Below, piece after piece: positions 1 through 10,049 of a DNA stretch of 64,000 nt. The DNA is from Alphaproteobacteria bacterium (GTDB lineage: Bacteria; Pseudomonadota; Alphaproteobacteria; UBA2966). Made by a program: the position numbers and the translations under genes. Location: NCBI GenBank assembly GCA_964291395.2, contig OZ219856.1, positions 2,572,439-2,636,438 of the forward strand, read 5' to 3'. The notes beneath the pieces are model-generated. The model had not been told where the DNA came from. It saw only the letters and a list, made by a program, of their open reading frames with translations, and made no database searches. The stretch's first letter is position 1. Every line of letters starts with the position of its first letter.

Positions 1-2
1 CG

Positions 3-1130
3 GTGCCCGCGGCCCTGGCTGCAGGCGGCGCCAAACTGCTGTTGGCGATTGCGGTAACGTGCCTGACGCTTGGGCTTGTCTGGGTCGCCTGCCGGAGGTT
101 GCCGCGCGGCAGGCTCCGCGCGTTCGGAGTGACGGCCGTGGCGGTGGCCGGATATTTCGCGATCCGCACCTTCTTCGATCCCGCCGTCAAGGCCATCGAA
201 GCGGTCAATCCAGCCGCCAGCGGCTATCTCGGAGGGCTGGGTCTCCCCATCATATTGTCCTGGGCGGTCGGGGGCCTGTTCGCGGCCGGTGCCGCCTATG
301 TGATCGGTCGAATAGCGCTCGGCCTGCGCGCAGACTATTTCGCCATCGCCACGCTGGGCATTTCCGAAATCGTGATCGCCGTGCTGAAGAACGAGGACTG
401 GCTTGCCCGCGGCGTGAAGAACGTGACCGGTCTCGACCGGCCCGTACCGTACGAGATCGATCTGCAGCACGCGGCATGGTTTCAGGAACTGGTGCGGTCG
501 TTGAACGTCAGCACGCTGTCCGCCCTGCCCGAAGCCGAACATGCCGCGATGCTGCGTGAACTCGTGATCGAGGCAGCCGGTATCTTCGTCAAGCTCTGCT
601 ACGCGGGGCTGTTCACCCTTGTCCTTCTCGTAATCCTGCTGCTCAGCGAGCGAGCGCTCCGTTCACCGTGGGGGCGAATGATGCGGGCAATTCGGGACAA
701 CGAAACGGCGGCCGAGGCACTGGGTAAAGACGTATTCCACCGACACATGCAGGTCTTCGTCATCGGCTCGGCGGTCGTGGGCGTGGCGGGCGCCATGCTC
801 GTCACACTCGACGGACAGTTCACGCCCAATAGTTACAATCCGTTGCGGTTCACCTTTCTGATCTGGGTGATGGTGATCGTCGGCGGCTCAGGCAACAACC
901 TGGGCGCCGTACTCGGCGGCTTCATCGTGTGGCTGAGTTGGATCGAGGCCGAGCCGCTCAGCTTATGGGTGATAGAGGTCCTGACGTCGGCGATGACGCC
1001 TGATGATCCGGTGCGCATGCATCTGGTCGAAGCGGCGGCCCACGTAAGACAGATACTGATGGGGTTGATCCTGCTTCTGGTGATGCGTTTCAGTCCGCGT
1101 GGCGTGGTGCCCGAAACCGTTCGATATTGA
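3..1130 (+). CDS. livM: Branched-chain amino acid ABC transporter permease (LivM-like), 5' truncated by window edge
   Basis: Motifs LGLRADYFAIATLGISE, SPWGRMMRAIRDNETAAEALG, VIVGGSGNNLGAVLGG; multiple hydrophobic helices. Confidence 0.9.
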   Translation: MPAALAAGGAKLLLAIAVTCLTLGLVWVACRRLPRGRLRAFGVTAVAVAGYFAIRTFFDPAVKAIEAVNPAASGYLGGLGLPIILSWAVGGLFAAGAAYVIGRIALGLRADYFAIATLGISEIVIAVLKNEDWLARGVKNVTGLDRPVPYEIDLQHAAWFQELVRSLNVSTLSALPEAEHAAMLRELVIEAAGIFVKLCYAGLFTLVLLVILLLSERALRSPWGRMMRAIRDNETAAEALGKDVFHRHMQVFVIGSAVVGVAGAMLVTLDGQFTPNSYNPLRFTFLIWVMVIVGGSGNNLGAVLGGFIVWLSWIEAEPLSLWVIEVLTSAMTPDDPVRMHLVEAAAHVRQILMGLILLLVMRFSPRGVVPETVRY

Positions 1131-1172
1131 CGGACTTGCGGAGCTCTCCTTCGCCCATTCCAGTGCACCGCC

Positions 1173-1721
1173 CTACCCGCAGTGGATGAAGAACAACGCC
1201 CACGGCCACATGATCTCCTCCTCCTCCGTGGCAGGCCGGTCTCCCGGCGGGTCGAAGACCAGCCACAGCGGGCCTCTCCCGCCGATGTCGTGCGGCCGGC
1301 CGTCGGCCTTCGTCGCCAGCACCCAATCCCGCGTCTCGACTTCCGACGCCGATATCTCGGTACTGAAACCGTCGAGGGCCAACGTAGCGAGCGGCCCGCC
1401 CCGGCAGCCAGCAGCCTTCAGCACGTCCGTGAGGCGCGGACCGGAGAAAGTTATCAGGCCGTCCCAATCCTTGTACTCGATACCTACCTCCGTGATACCG
1501 AGACCTTCCAGCATGGCGCGGTCGAATACGAACGCCCTGTCGAACGCGCGTTCGTGATACGCGAGGAAGACATCGCGCTTCTCGTCATAGGCCGGCCGGT
1601 TGGCATTCGCCACGTTGCCCGCGACCGTCAACACCACCGGACCGGCCGGTGCTTCGGCACCGGAGGCAGAGGCGGTTGCGACGAACGAAATCGTCAAGAC
1701 GACGGCGATGAACCTTTCCAT
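1173..1721 (-). CDS. Exported protein, molybdopterin-oxidoreductase-like fold (COG3915-like)
   Basis: Signal peptide; VLTVAGNV, FSGPRLTDVL, ALDGF, GGRGPLWLVF, WPWALF motifs typical of this family. Confidence 0.7.
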   Translation of the reverse strand: MERFIAVVLTISFVATASASGAEAPAGPVVLTVAGNVANANRPAYDEKRDVFLAYHERAFDRAFVFDRAMLEGLGITEVGIEYKDWDGLITFSGPRLTDVLKAAGCRGGPLATLALDGFSTEISASEVETRDWVLATKADGRPHDIGGRGPLWLVFDPPGDRPATEEEEIMWPWALFFIHCG

Positions 1722-1890
1722 GGAATACCTCTTTCGGAATCTTGGAGAGCTTTTGCGGACCGCCGGCGGAATCTGCCCGCCTCCGACAGTCTATCCCCGG
1801 CGCCGACGCGCGTCAGGACGTCTCTAGGTTCAATACCGGCACTACCGTGTAGTTGAAGTCCCGCGGTTCAGCGACGACGACAACGATAAT

Positions 1891-1940
1891 ATAAAACTAC
1901 CTTATGTGAACGAGAGGAAATCAGTATTAGTTTTTATGAT
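1891..1940. promoter_or_regulatory. Putative LysR/OxyR-type binding boxes in AT-rich divergent promoter
   Basis: ATAA-N7-TTAT at 1891-1905 and ATTA-N7-TGAT at 1926-1940 resemble ATAG-N7-CTAT; upstream of the LysR gene. Confidence 0.45.
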
Positions 1941-2020
1941 CCGCCCATGCCAGAATCCGACACTCTGGAACCGGAGCGGGGTTTTCCCCGTCACGGCGTT
2001 CACGCGGAAAGGGAGGAGAC

Positions 2021-2968
2021 TTGCCTGTCACCCTGCGTCAGCTGCGTTATTTTCAAGCACTGGTAGAACACGGCTCGTTCAGCCGCGCGGCCGAGAGCGT
2101 TCACGTCTCACAGCCCGCGCTCTCCCTCCAGATCCGCGAGCTCGAGGCTGCTCTCGGCGGAACGCTGGTGGAGCGCGAAGGCCGCAACAACGTTCTCACG
2201 CCGTTCGGCAGGGAGGCACATCAACAGACACTGAGGATCCTGGACGAGACGCTTGTCCTGGAAACGATGGGAAAACGTTTCGAGGCGGGCTCTGTGCGGG
2301 TCACCGTCGGGATCGTCTCTACACTCGCGCCATATCTGCTGCCGGGTCTCCTGGAGCGGCTGCAAGCGTCGACACCCCGTGTCCAGCTCGATGCAGTGGA
2401 AGATCTGGGTCAGCATCTGGTTTCGGCCCTTCTCGCCGGCCATCTCGATGCGGCGATCGTCTCCCTTCCGCTGGGTCTGATGGAGCTCCCCGAGCGGGAG
2501 CTTTTCGACGACCGATTCGTGCTCGCTGCCCGTGCTGCGAGGCTTGGTGGAATCCGCGCGCTCGGAGACACCGTGCGTCCGACGGATCTGGCGCGGGCCG
2601 ACATCGGGCCGCTTCTCACGCTCGGGGACGACCATTGCTTGGGCAACCAGGTTCTGGGGGCCTGCTCGATGTGGCGCCTGCAGGAAGTTCACCGCGGCAC
2701 CGAATCACTGGCCACCCTCTCGCGGCTCGTGGCGAGCGGCGCCGGCCTGACTCTTCTTCCTGAAACGGCGGCTCTTTGTGAACTCGCGGCTTCTCCGGGC
2801 CTGAGTTTTCTCCGTTTCGCCGAACCCGAACCTTCGCGGCGGATCGGTCTCGCTCACCGCATCACATCTCACGGTCAGCGCTGGATCGATCTCCTCGCCG
2901 AGGCCACGGCCGGTGCAGGCCAAGAGCTCACGTCCCGAGCCCGGGAGGCGATCAGCGGACGTAGTTGA
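2021..2968 (+). CDS. oxyR: LysR-family regulator, OxyR-like
   Basis: LysR HTH (TLRQLRYF...SFSRAAE...SQPALSLQIRELE); HCLGNQVLGAC gives the C-x8-C redox pair of OxyR; TTG start after GGAGG. Confidence 0.8.
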   Translation: MPVTLRQLRYFQALVEHGSFSRAAESVHVSQPALSLQIRELEAALGGTLVEREGRNNVLTPFGREAHQQTLRILDETLVLETMGKRFEAGSVRVTVGIVSTLAPYLLPGLLERLQASTPRVQLDAVEDLGQHLVSALLAGHLDAAIVSLPLGLMELPERELFDDRFVLAARAARLGGIRALGDTVRPTDLARADIGPLLTLGDDHCLGNQVLGACSMWRLQEVHRGTESLATLSRLVASGAGLTLLPETAALCELAASPGLSFLRFAEPEPSRRIGLAHRITSHGQRWIDLLAEATAGAGQELTSRAREAISGRS

Positions 2969-2980
2969 CGAGCGGTGCCG

Positions 2981-4177
2981 CTAATTGGACACGTCTTCGA
3001 CTCCCTCCCGGGTTTCGGCGAGCACCAGATCGACCACGTGCCGCAATGCCTCTTCCGAGGTATCCCCTTCCAGGCGGCGTAGGCGGTACAGGTCGAGCTG
3101 GCGGTCCGCGCCGGCTCCCTCCCGGATGATGGTCAGCGCATGGCGCATTTCGGCCTCGCAATCCAGCGCGCGGGCGTCGGGCGCGAGTTCGTCGACGAGC
3201 TCGGCGGTGTGGTCGTGGATGTCCACCCGTCCACCACCGGACGTCCTGTCGCCTAGGAAAGCGAAGACGCCGTAGCGCTGGGCCAACCAGCGGTCCTCCG
3301 CGATGAGTTCGGTGAGGGGTCCGGGCGGTGGCGTGCCCTCCAGGTCCCGGCGCATCAGCCACCGGACGAGGGACGCATAGAGCGCCACGATGCTCACCGC
3401 TTCCTCGAGGCGCGTGCAGATGTCGCAGATCCGCATCTCCACCGTCGGATATGCGTGGGAAGGGCGGATGTCCCACCACAGTTCGCTGCCGTTCTCGATG
3501 AAATTCATTCTCTGGTATTCGGCGACGAGCCGGTCGTACTCCGCCCGAGACCCCAGCGGGCCGGGCATGCCCGTGCGCGGGAGATTACCCATGATCGTCA
3601 ACCGGTAGGACTTGAACCCGGTCTCGTGCCCGGCATTGAACGGCGACGAGGTGGACAGCGCATGGAGCAACGGCAAGTAACGCCGGATCGCCGTCATGAC
3701 GCGTATGCGGGTGTCCCCATCGCCGAAACCGGCATGGATGTGCATGCCGCCGACGACGGCGCGGCGCACGGCCTCCTGGTACGTGGCCGCGAACCGCGCG
3801 TAACGGTCCCGCGGCGTGGGACTCTGATCCCTCCAAATCGCGAAGGGATGGGTGGAGGCGGCCATCACGGCGGCGCCGTGCCGTTCGGCCGCCTCGATGA
3901 CGATCCGCCGGGTCTCTTGCAGCGCCGTGCGCACTTCGGCCACCGACCCGCATACCCGGGTATTCGTCTCGATCTGGGAGCGCAGGAACTCCCGCACGAC
4001 CTTGTGCGGCCCGCGGTTCTCGTCGCAGGTCTTGAAGATACCCGGATCGGGGTCGGCGAGAAGGTCGCGGGAATCGGGATCGACGAGAAAGAACTCCTCC
4101 TCGATCCCGAGCGTGATCGAGAGGTCTCCCTTGCCCGCGGCAGCGGTCACGTTTACAGGCGAAGGTCCATCACTCAT
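2981..4177 (-). CDS. ybdK: Carboxylate-amine ligase, YbdK/GCS2 family
   Basis: TLGIEEEFFLVD, GMHIHAG, ALSTSSPF, LWWDIRPS, TVEMRICD motifs. Confidence 0.9.
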   Translation of the reverse strand: MSDGPSPVNVTAAAGKGDLSITLGIEEEFFLVDPDSRDLLADPDPGIFKTCDENRGPHKVVREFLRSQIETNTRVCGSVAEVRTALQETRRIVIEAAERHGAAVMAASTHPFAIWRDQSPTPRDRYARFAATYQEAVRRAVVGGMHIHAGFGDGDTRIRVMTAIRRYLPLLHALSTSSPFNAGHETGFKSYRLTIMGNLPRTGMPGPLGSRAEYDRLVAEYQRMNFIENGSELWWDIRPSHAYPTVEMRICDICTRLEEAVSIVALYASLVRWLMRRDLEGTPPPGPLTELIAEDRWLAQRYGVFAFLGDRTSGGGRVDIHDHTAELVDELAPDARALDCEAEMRHALTIIREGAGADRQLDLYRLRRLEGDTSEEALRHVVDLVLAETREGVEDVSN

Positions 4178-4503
4178 AGCCGCCCAAACCTCACACCCCG
4201 GATGGCGGGGAGTTCGCCCTCGTCACACGGTTGGCTCTCAGTCGGCAATGGTGATCGGACATTCAAAGTCCCCGTCAAACCCGGAGCCTGAATCATATCG
4301 CAGCAGCACCGGGATACGACAACATTACTCCCCGATCAATGGGTCCCGAGCCCAGGCTGCGCCACCGAGGCCCGTGTGTGCGGTTTGACTCGGGACGATG
4401 GGATGCGGCCATCGCGACGCCGGAGGATGCAAACCAACGCGCCGGCGGCCGTCGTAAAATCGGACACCACGACGATGTTCCGCGATGGAAACGAAGTTCG
4501 GGT

Positions 4504-5439
4504 CTATTCGGGCATCACCTGCAACAGCGCCTTGATGAGCGCAGTCGCGTTGGCGGCCGCGAGGCCGAGAAAAATCTCCATTTCGTTTCCCCCCTCGCCG
4601 CCGCCCGCCAAGTCGGACAGACTCCGGATGGCGATGAACGGCACGTCGTTCGCGTAGGCCACATGCGCCACGGCGGCGCTTTCCATGTCCAGCACGCGGG
4701 CACCGAAGGTCTCGAACGTATATTCGCGGAAACCCGCGTTATCGACAAAGGCGCCTCCCGAAACTCCGGAACCGCCGACGACAACCTTGGGCGCCCGCCG
4801 CAGGCACGTGCCGTCCGCCGTGCAACGCTCGAGCATCACATCCGCGGCCGCGACACGGGCGGCCGCCAGCAGCGCGTCATCCACCGGGAACCAGAAACGG
4901 GTCTCGGGCGCACCGGCTCCCGCCCCCTGCACGGTGACCGACCGCGGAAACATCATGCCGAAGTTCGCGTAGGGATAGTCGAAGAACGCCGGCTTGTCCC
5001 ACCCGCCTTCGACCTCCCGGGCGAAGAGCATTTCGAGATATTGCCCCCACCGGTCCGCGATCACGACATCGCCGATGTTCAACGCGGGGTCCACGCCGCC
5101 CGCGATGCCGGAGAACACGATCCGCTCTACATTGAAGTGGTTCAAGGCAAGCTGCGTCGTCATGGCCGCGTTGACGACGCTGATGCCGCTCAGAAACAGC
5201 ACGACGTCCCGGCCCTGCAGCGTCCCGACGGAAAAATCGACGCCCTTCACCGTATGCACCGACGCGCCGTCGAGTTCCTCCTTGAGAATCGACATTTCCG
5301 GCGCGAAGGCGGATACCACGGCGATGCGTGGAACATCATCCTGAACGCCGTGCGCGAACGCCGGCGAGGCCGAACCGGCCGACGCCACCGCCGCCGCGAC
5401 CAGACCAGCGATCAGACTCCGAAATCCGGATGGCATCAT
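4504..5439 (-). CDS. MTA/SAH nucleosidase family protein with N-terminal signal peptide
   Basis: SAFAPE, SGISVVNAA, FSGIAGG, DMESAAVAHVA, IRSLSDLAG; Ala-rich signal ending AFA; start taken at MMPSG. Confidence 0.85.
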   Translation of the reverse strand: MMPSGFRSLIAGLVAAAVASAGSASPAFAHGVQDDVPRIAVVSAFAPEMSILKEELDGASVHTVKGVDFSVGTLQGRDVVLFLSGISVVNAAMTTQLALNHFNVERIVFSGIAGGVDPALNIGDVVIADRWGQYLEMLFAREVEGGWDKPAFFDYPYANFGMMFPRSVTVQGAGAGAPETRFWFPVDDALLAAARVAAADVMLERCTADGTCLRRAPKVVVGGSGVSGGAFVDNAGFREYTFETFGARVLDMESAAVAHVAYANDVPFIAIRSLSDLAGGGEGGNEMEIFLGLAAANATALIKALLQVMPE

Positions 5440-5644
5440 CCTCACCACGCCTCGGTATGCGGCCGACATCCCGTTCGGCCGCCGCCCCGTCAGCTTGCAG
5501 CATACGATTGCCGCGCCACAAGGGATTGTCTCGGGTCGGCCCTCCCCGGCGGACCCTCCGGGGCTGCCGATCGGGTGTCATTCGCCCGCCTCGAGCTCTG
5601 TGCGAATCGGCGTGCACAGCGTCGTCGAGGATAGCGGACACGCT

Positions 5645-6613
5645 TTAGAATCCTCGGTCTCCGGGGTGGGCCAAGGCGCGGCGGACGATCGCTTGCATGA
5701 GGTGAACGACGACCGCGTTGTCATCCACGGACACGCCGTCGACGGCGGCGATCCGCTTCCCGCTGCCGCCGTCCGCCAGTCCGAGCTCGACGCCGTAGGC
5801 GACGATGGCGTGCTCTTCCTCCCGGGTGTGGCAAAGCTCCAATTCGCCCCGCCTGAGGGCGAGTGCCGCGACCATACCATAACACCCGATGTTGGATGAC
5901 GTTCCGACGACTAGAACCTCAGCCGGTATCACCGTGAAGATGCCGCCGCCGCACTCGGTCTTTTCCTTCAGATTGAATTCCGGCATGCGCGCACAAAGCG
6001 TGTCGTAGACCTTGCCGAAGCCGACTTCATTGCCGCCGTCCCCTACGCCGAGGGTCGGCTTGCCGGAAGCGGTCATCGTTTTGAACAGGTGATCCACATT
6101 TGACCGGAAGGCGTGTCGCGGCAGGCCGGTGACACCGTAGAGATTGCCATACGGATTGCCGCCATGGCGCTCCACGGCCATCGCGATATCCAAGTCCGCA
6201 GCGATGGCGTCCTGCTGGACGGTATCGTGAAGGCCGAGGTGCACGGTCGGCACGTCGATGCCGTAGCGCGCGACCAAGGCTTCGATCGGAGGCGCGGCCG
6301 GCGGATCGGTATAGATGCTGACCCGATGCCCCATGCGGACGAGGGTTCGGGCCAGCACGACCGAGCCCAGCGGGCCGTCATTCTCGCCGGCAGGCATGTG
6401 ATCGGGCACCGCTGCGCCGGTCACGATCCCGATACGGACCGGCGGCCGATCAAGCAACTCGGCGGCGGCAAGGGTGAGCGGCCGGCCTTCCGCCTCCCGC
6501 GCTGCCTCATAGAGGCCCGTCTTGACGCCGTAGGGCAGGGCCGCACCCTGGATCTCCAGGCACAAGAGCTGGTCCAGATTGGCGTAGGCCACTTCATCGG
6601 TTGAATTCACCAT
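5645..6613 (-). CDS. D-glutamate cyclase / DUF4392 family protein
   Basis: GENDGPLG, AVER, GVGDGGNEVGFG, SNIGCYG motifs. Confidence 0.75.
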   Translation of the reverse strand: MVNSTDEVAYANLDQLLCLEIQGAALPYGVKTGLYEAAREAEGRPLTLAAAELLDRPPVRIGIVTGAAVPDHMPAGENDGPLGSVVLARTLVRMGHRVSIYTDPPAAPPIEALVARYGIDVPTVHLGLHDTVQQDAIAADLDIAMAVERHGGNPYGNLYGVTGLPRHAFRSNVDHLFKTMTASGKPTLGVGDGGNEVGFGKVYDTLCARMPEFNLKEKTECGGGIFTVIPAEVLVVGTSSNIGCYGMVAALALRRGELELCHTREEEHAIVAYGVELGLADGGSGKRIAAVDGVSVDDNAVVVHLMQAIVRRALAHPGDRGF

Positions 6614-6832
6614 CGGGCCTTTCTCCCCTTGTTGCCGGACCTGGAATCCCGCCTGAAGGCCTTGCCGTCGGGAAACACTCCTGTCGTCAAGAGGAACCGT
6701 CCGGACCGTGGACGCCGTTCTCGGCGCGGCTTATTGTTTTCTTTCCACGGACTTCACGGTCTGACTCTCGAAGGTTCCGCAGCGTATGCGGGGCCCGGAC
6801 CGACTGCCAACATAGACGCACGCAGATGTAAC

Positions 6833-8008
6833 ATGCCGGTTGAAGACACGCCCTGTCCGATCCCGATGAAGGAGTTCGCAGCCAGCACGACCGAGCACCG
6901 CAGGACGATATCACTACCGCCCGAGTGTTTTTGGGATCCGGTTTTCTATCGCTTCGAACTCGACGCCGTGTGGGGGCGCGACTGGTTCTGCGCGGGTCGT
7001 GCGACCGACGTACCGAATCCCGGGGATTACTGCACCATCACGGTTGGACAGGAGCCCCTGCTGATCGTGCGGCAAAAGGACGGCTCGGTCCGCGTGCTCG
7101 CGAACGTGTGCCAGCACCGGGGGCAGCTTCTGCTGACGGGGAACGGCAATGTCCCGCAAATCCGCTGCCCCATGCATTCATGGACCTACGATCTTTCCGG
7201 CGGCCTGACCTTCGCACCCGGCTTCGAGGAAGACCCGACGTTCGGCGCCCCGGCCGTCTGCCTGCCCGAAATCCGGTCCGAGGTGTGGGAGGGTTTCCTG
7301 TTCGTCACGTTCGACAAAACGGTTGCCGGCATCGGCAAACGTCTCGCGAAGTTGAAGAGGCAACTGGCGAATTACCATTTGTCCGGACTGCGATCTCCCG
7401 CCCCGCTGGAGTTCGTCCGCCACGACTGGAATTGGAAGATCTATGCGGACGAGTGCTACCACTGTACCTATCTGCATGCCCGGTCTTTCGGGAGCATGTT
7501 TCCCGTACCGCCTTCCGCGATCGATGAGGAGTGCGAGTACAACGACGCCGACAACGGGATCATGGCCTACACGTTGATCGGGCGGCACCTCGACGCGAGC
7601 CCGACCCGCACGGGAAAGTCCCTTCACCCGATTTTTCCGGACCTGACGGAGACGCAACGCTCGCGAATCGCCTACATCACGGTCGCACCCAATCTTCTCA
7701 TCGTCGCGATGCCGGACAAGGTGAAGTACTGGGTCTGGTTGCCGGCGGAACCAACCGCGTCCTATCTGGGCGTAACCAACACATTTCCGGAGGCCGTGCT
7801 GGGCGATCCCAAGTTCGAAGAGCGCGCGCGGATGGAAGCGGAGGATCTGCACACGACGGCCGAAGAGGACCTGGAGGGCTGGAAGCGTTATCAGCTGGGA
7901 ATCGGTTCGCGATTCGCGCCGCGCGGTCGGCTGTCGGGATTCGAAAAAACGCTCGGACGGCTGCAGGACTGGCTGGTGGCTCACTACCGGGCGGCAGAGT
8001 CGGGATAG
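6833..8008 (+). CDS. Rieske non-heme iron oxygenase alpha subunit
   Basis: Rieske CQH...CPMH; mononuclear iron NWK...DECYHCTYLH and EED; start probably 6833 or 6866. Confidence 0.9.
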   Translation: MPVEDTPCPIPMKEFAASTTEHRRTISLPPECFWDPVFYRFELDAVWGRDWFCAGRATDVPNPGDYCTITVGQEPLLIVRQKDGSVRVLANVCQHRGQLLLTGNGNVPQIRCPMHSWTYDLSGGLTFAPGFEEDPTFGAPAVCLPEIRSEVWEGFLFVTFDKTVAGIGKRLAKLKRQLANYHLSGLRSPAPLEFVRHDWNWKIYADECYHCTYLHARSFGSMFPVPPSAIDEECEYNDADNGIMAYTLIGRHLDASPTRTGKSLHPIFPDLTETQRSRIAYITVAPNLLIVAMPDKVKYWVWLPAEPTASYLGVTNTFPEAVLGDPKFEERARMEAEDLHTTAEEDLEGWKRYQLGIGSRFAPRGRLSGFEKTLGRLQDWLVAHYRAAESG

Positions 8009-8108
8009 GTCTTAGCGCCCCAAGAGATGTCCGGGTCGGCGATCAAGAACCTCCACCCGGTACAAGCCCCGAGAAAGACGCAAGGGGGCGGCCACACGCC
8101 AGAAGAGG

Positions 8109-9881
8109 TCAGGCCTGGGCGCGCCCTCGTGACGCTCTCAAGCGCTCCGTCGCCTCGGCGTCGACCGTGCGGCCCCGGGCGTCGAGCACGACGCCATAGA
8201 GCGCTTCGGCAGCCTCGCGGCTTAGAACGCCGTCTCGCGTGTCGCGCAGCACGCGTTCCGGGTCGCGGTTCAGAGGATCGCCCCAGCCGCCGCCGGCCGG
8301 CGACCAGGCTCGCAGCCGCAAGGGATCGTACGTCTCCACTCCGTACTGCGGAGCTTCGAGCTCGGTCCCATCCTCGAACGTCAACGTCATCCGTCCGGCT
8401 TCCCCCGTGCCGCCGCCGCCGATGCCGAATCCCGACGGGTGGATGAGCCCCTCCCCGCGGAACGAATATTCCGCCTGCTCCTGCACGGCCACTTCGTAGT
8501 CGATCCCCGTGCCGCCCCGGAATTCGCCGGGCCCGGCGGAGTCGCAACGGTATTCCTGACGGATGAAACGGGTCGGATAGCGTTGCTCACAGACTTCGAC
8601 ATTGTTCATCACGATGCCACCCAGCGAGCCGATGTGGCCGAACTGGTTGAACCCGTCCCGTCCCTTCACGCCTCCCGAGCCCGACATCGTATTCCAGTGA
8701 TACATGACCCACGGGTTGGGAGTTCCCATACCCCCGGACGTGAGGCCGTGGATACTCTTGCCCCACCCGGCGCAGGCGCGCACCGGATCCGCCTTCCCCA
8801 TCGCCTTCCAGACGACGTGGCCGATCTCGTGTGCGGCCGCTGCCGTGCAAAACGTCATGGGGGCCGGCGGACGCGGGTTGACGACCGTTCCTTCGGGCAA
8901 AATGACGTCGATGGCCCGAAACGCGCCGCCGTTGCGGGGCATGTCGGCGTCGAAGTACGCCGTGATAGCCAGGTACACGGCCGAATGCGTGTTCACGTAG
9001 GAACTGTTCTTGAATCCGCGCATCTGGGGGTCCGTACCGTCGAAGTCGACCGTCACATGGTCTCCGTCGATCGTCACGGCCGCGCGGATGCCGATGTCGA
9101 CCTCCTCAAAGCAATCGGTGTGGGTGTACTCCTCGGCCTCGTAGCGGCCATCCGGCAGAGTGGCGAGCGCCGCCCGGAGGCGGCGTTCGCCATGGTCGAG
9201 TATGGCGCCGATCAGGTTGAGCGTCGTCTCGACGCCCAATTCGCGCGTGATTCCCGCGATGCGTTCCGCCCCGATCCGTGTCGATCCGACCATGGCGCGC
9301 AGGTCGCCATCCATGAGGTCCGGCGTGCGCGAATTGAGCAGCAGCAATTGCCAGAGGTCCCGACGCATCGTTCCCTGCTCGACCAGGCGCATGACCGGCA
9401 ATCGGATGCCCTCTTGCCAGATCTCCGTGGCGCGCGAGTTGTACGTACCGGCGGCGCCCCCGCCGATATCCGACTGGTGCGCCCGGTTGCAAGTGAAGCC
9501 GATGAGCTCGCCGTCGACGATGATGGGACGCGAGATCACCCAATCGGGTGGATGGTTGCCGCCGGCGGCGTACGGGTCGCTGGAGACGAACACGTCGCCT
9601 TCCGAGATACGGTCGCCGAATACCCGGAGAACGGCGGCAACCGTGAATCCGCCGCCCCCGGTGTGGATGGGGATGCCGTCCGACTGGCTCAACAGCGTTC
9701 CCTCGCGATCCGTCATGAAACACGAGAAGTCGTGGGAATCGGTGAGGATCGGGCTGCACGCGGTGCGCGTCATGATCCAACCCATATGCCGGCAGGTATC
9801 GTCGAACAGACCCTGGGTCAGGGCCAGGGTTACGGGGTCGACGCCCGCGTCCACCGCGGGTTCCGCAGCGAGCGCGTTCAT
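8109..9881 (-). CDS. Hydantoinase B / oxoprolinase beta-subunit family
   Basis: DFSC, IPIHTG, DPYAAGGNHPPD, HQSDIGG, EIWQEG, DSAGPGEFRGG, PAGGGWGDP. Confidence 0.92.
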   Translation of the reverse strand: MNALAAEPAVDAGVDPVTLALTQGLFDDTCRHMGWIMTRTACSPILTDSHDFSCFMTDREGTLLSQSDGIPIHTGGGGFTVAAVLRVFGDRISEGDVFVSSDPYAAGGNHPPDWVISRPIIVDGELIGFTCNRAHQSDIGGGAAGTYNSRATEIWQEGIRLPVMRLVEQGTMRRDLWQLLLLNSRTPDLMDGDLRAMVGSTRIGAERIAGITRELGVETTLNLIGAILDHGERRLRAALATLPDGRYEAEEYTHTDCFEEVDIGIRAAVTIDGDHVTVDFDGTDPQMRGFKNSSYVNTHSAVYLAITAYFDADMPRNGGAFRAIDVILPEGTVVNPRPPAPMTFCTAAAAHEIGHVVWKAMGKADPVRACAGWGKSIHGLTSGGMGTPNPWVMYHWNTMSGSGGVKGRDGFNQFGHIGSLGGIVMNNVEVCEQRYPTRFIRQEYRCDSAGPGEFRGGTGIDYEVAVQEQAEYSFRGEGLIHPSGFGIGGGGTGEAGRMTLTFEDGTELEAPQYGVETYDPLRLRAWSPAGGGWGDPLNRDPERVLRDTRDGVLSREAAEALYGVVLDARGRTVDAEATERLRASRGRAQA

Positions 9882-10049
9882 CCGACCGCCCGAGATACGA
9901 AGTGTATTTCCATGGCGAGACTCCGGATTGTCCGTCTGGAGCGGATCATTATACCTCTCCCAACGATCGCGTCGGGCGGGTGTCAGTCGGCATGAACCAA
10001 GAACAGCCTGGTCGCTTGGGCCCGGGTGGTCGGCGCGCCTGATAGTGCC

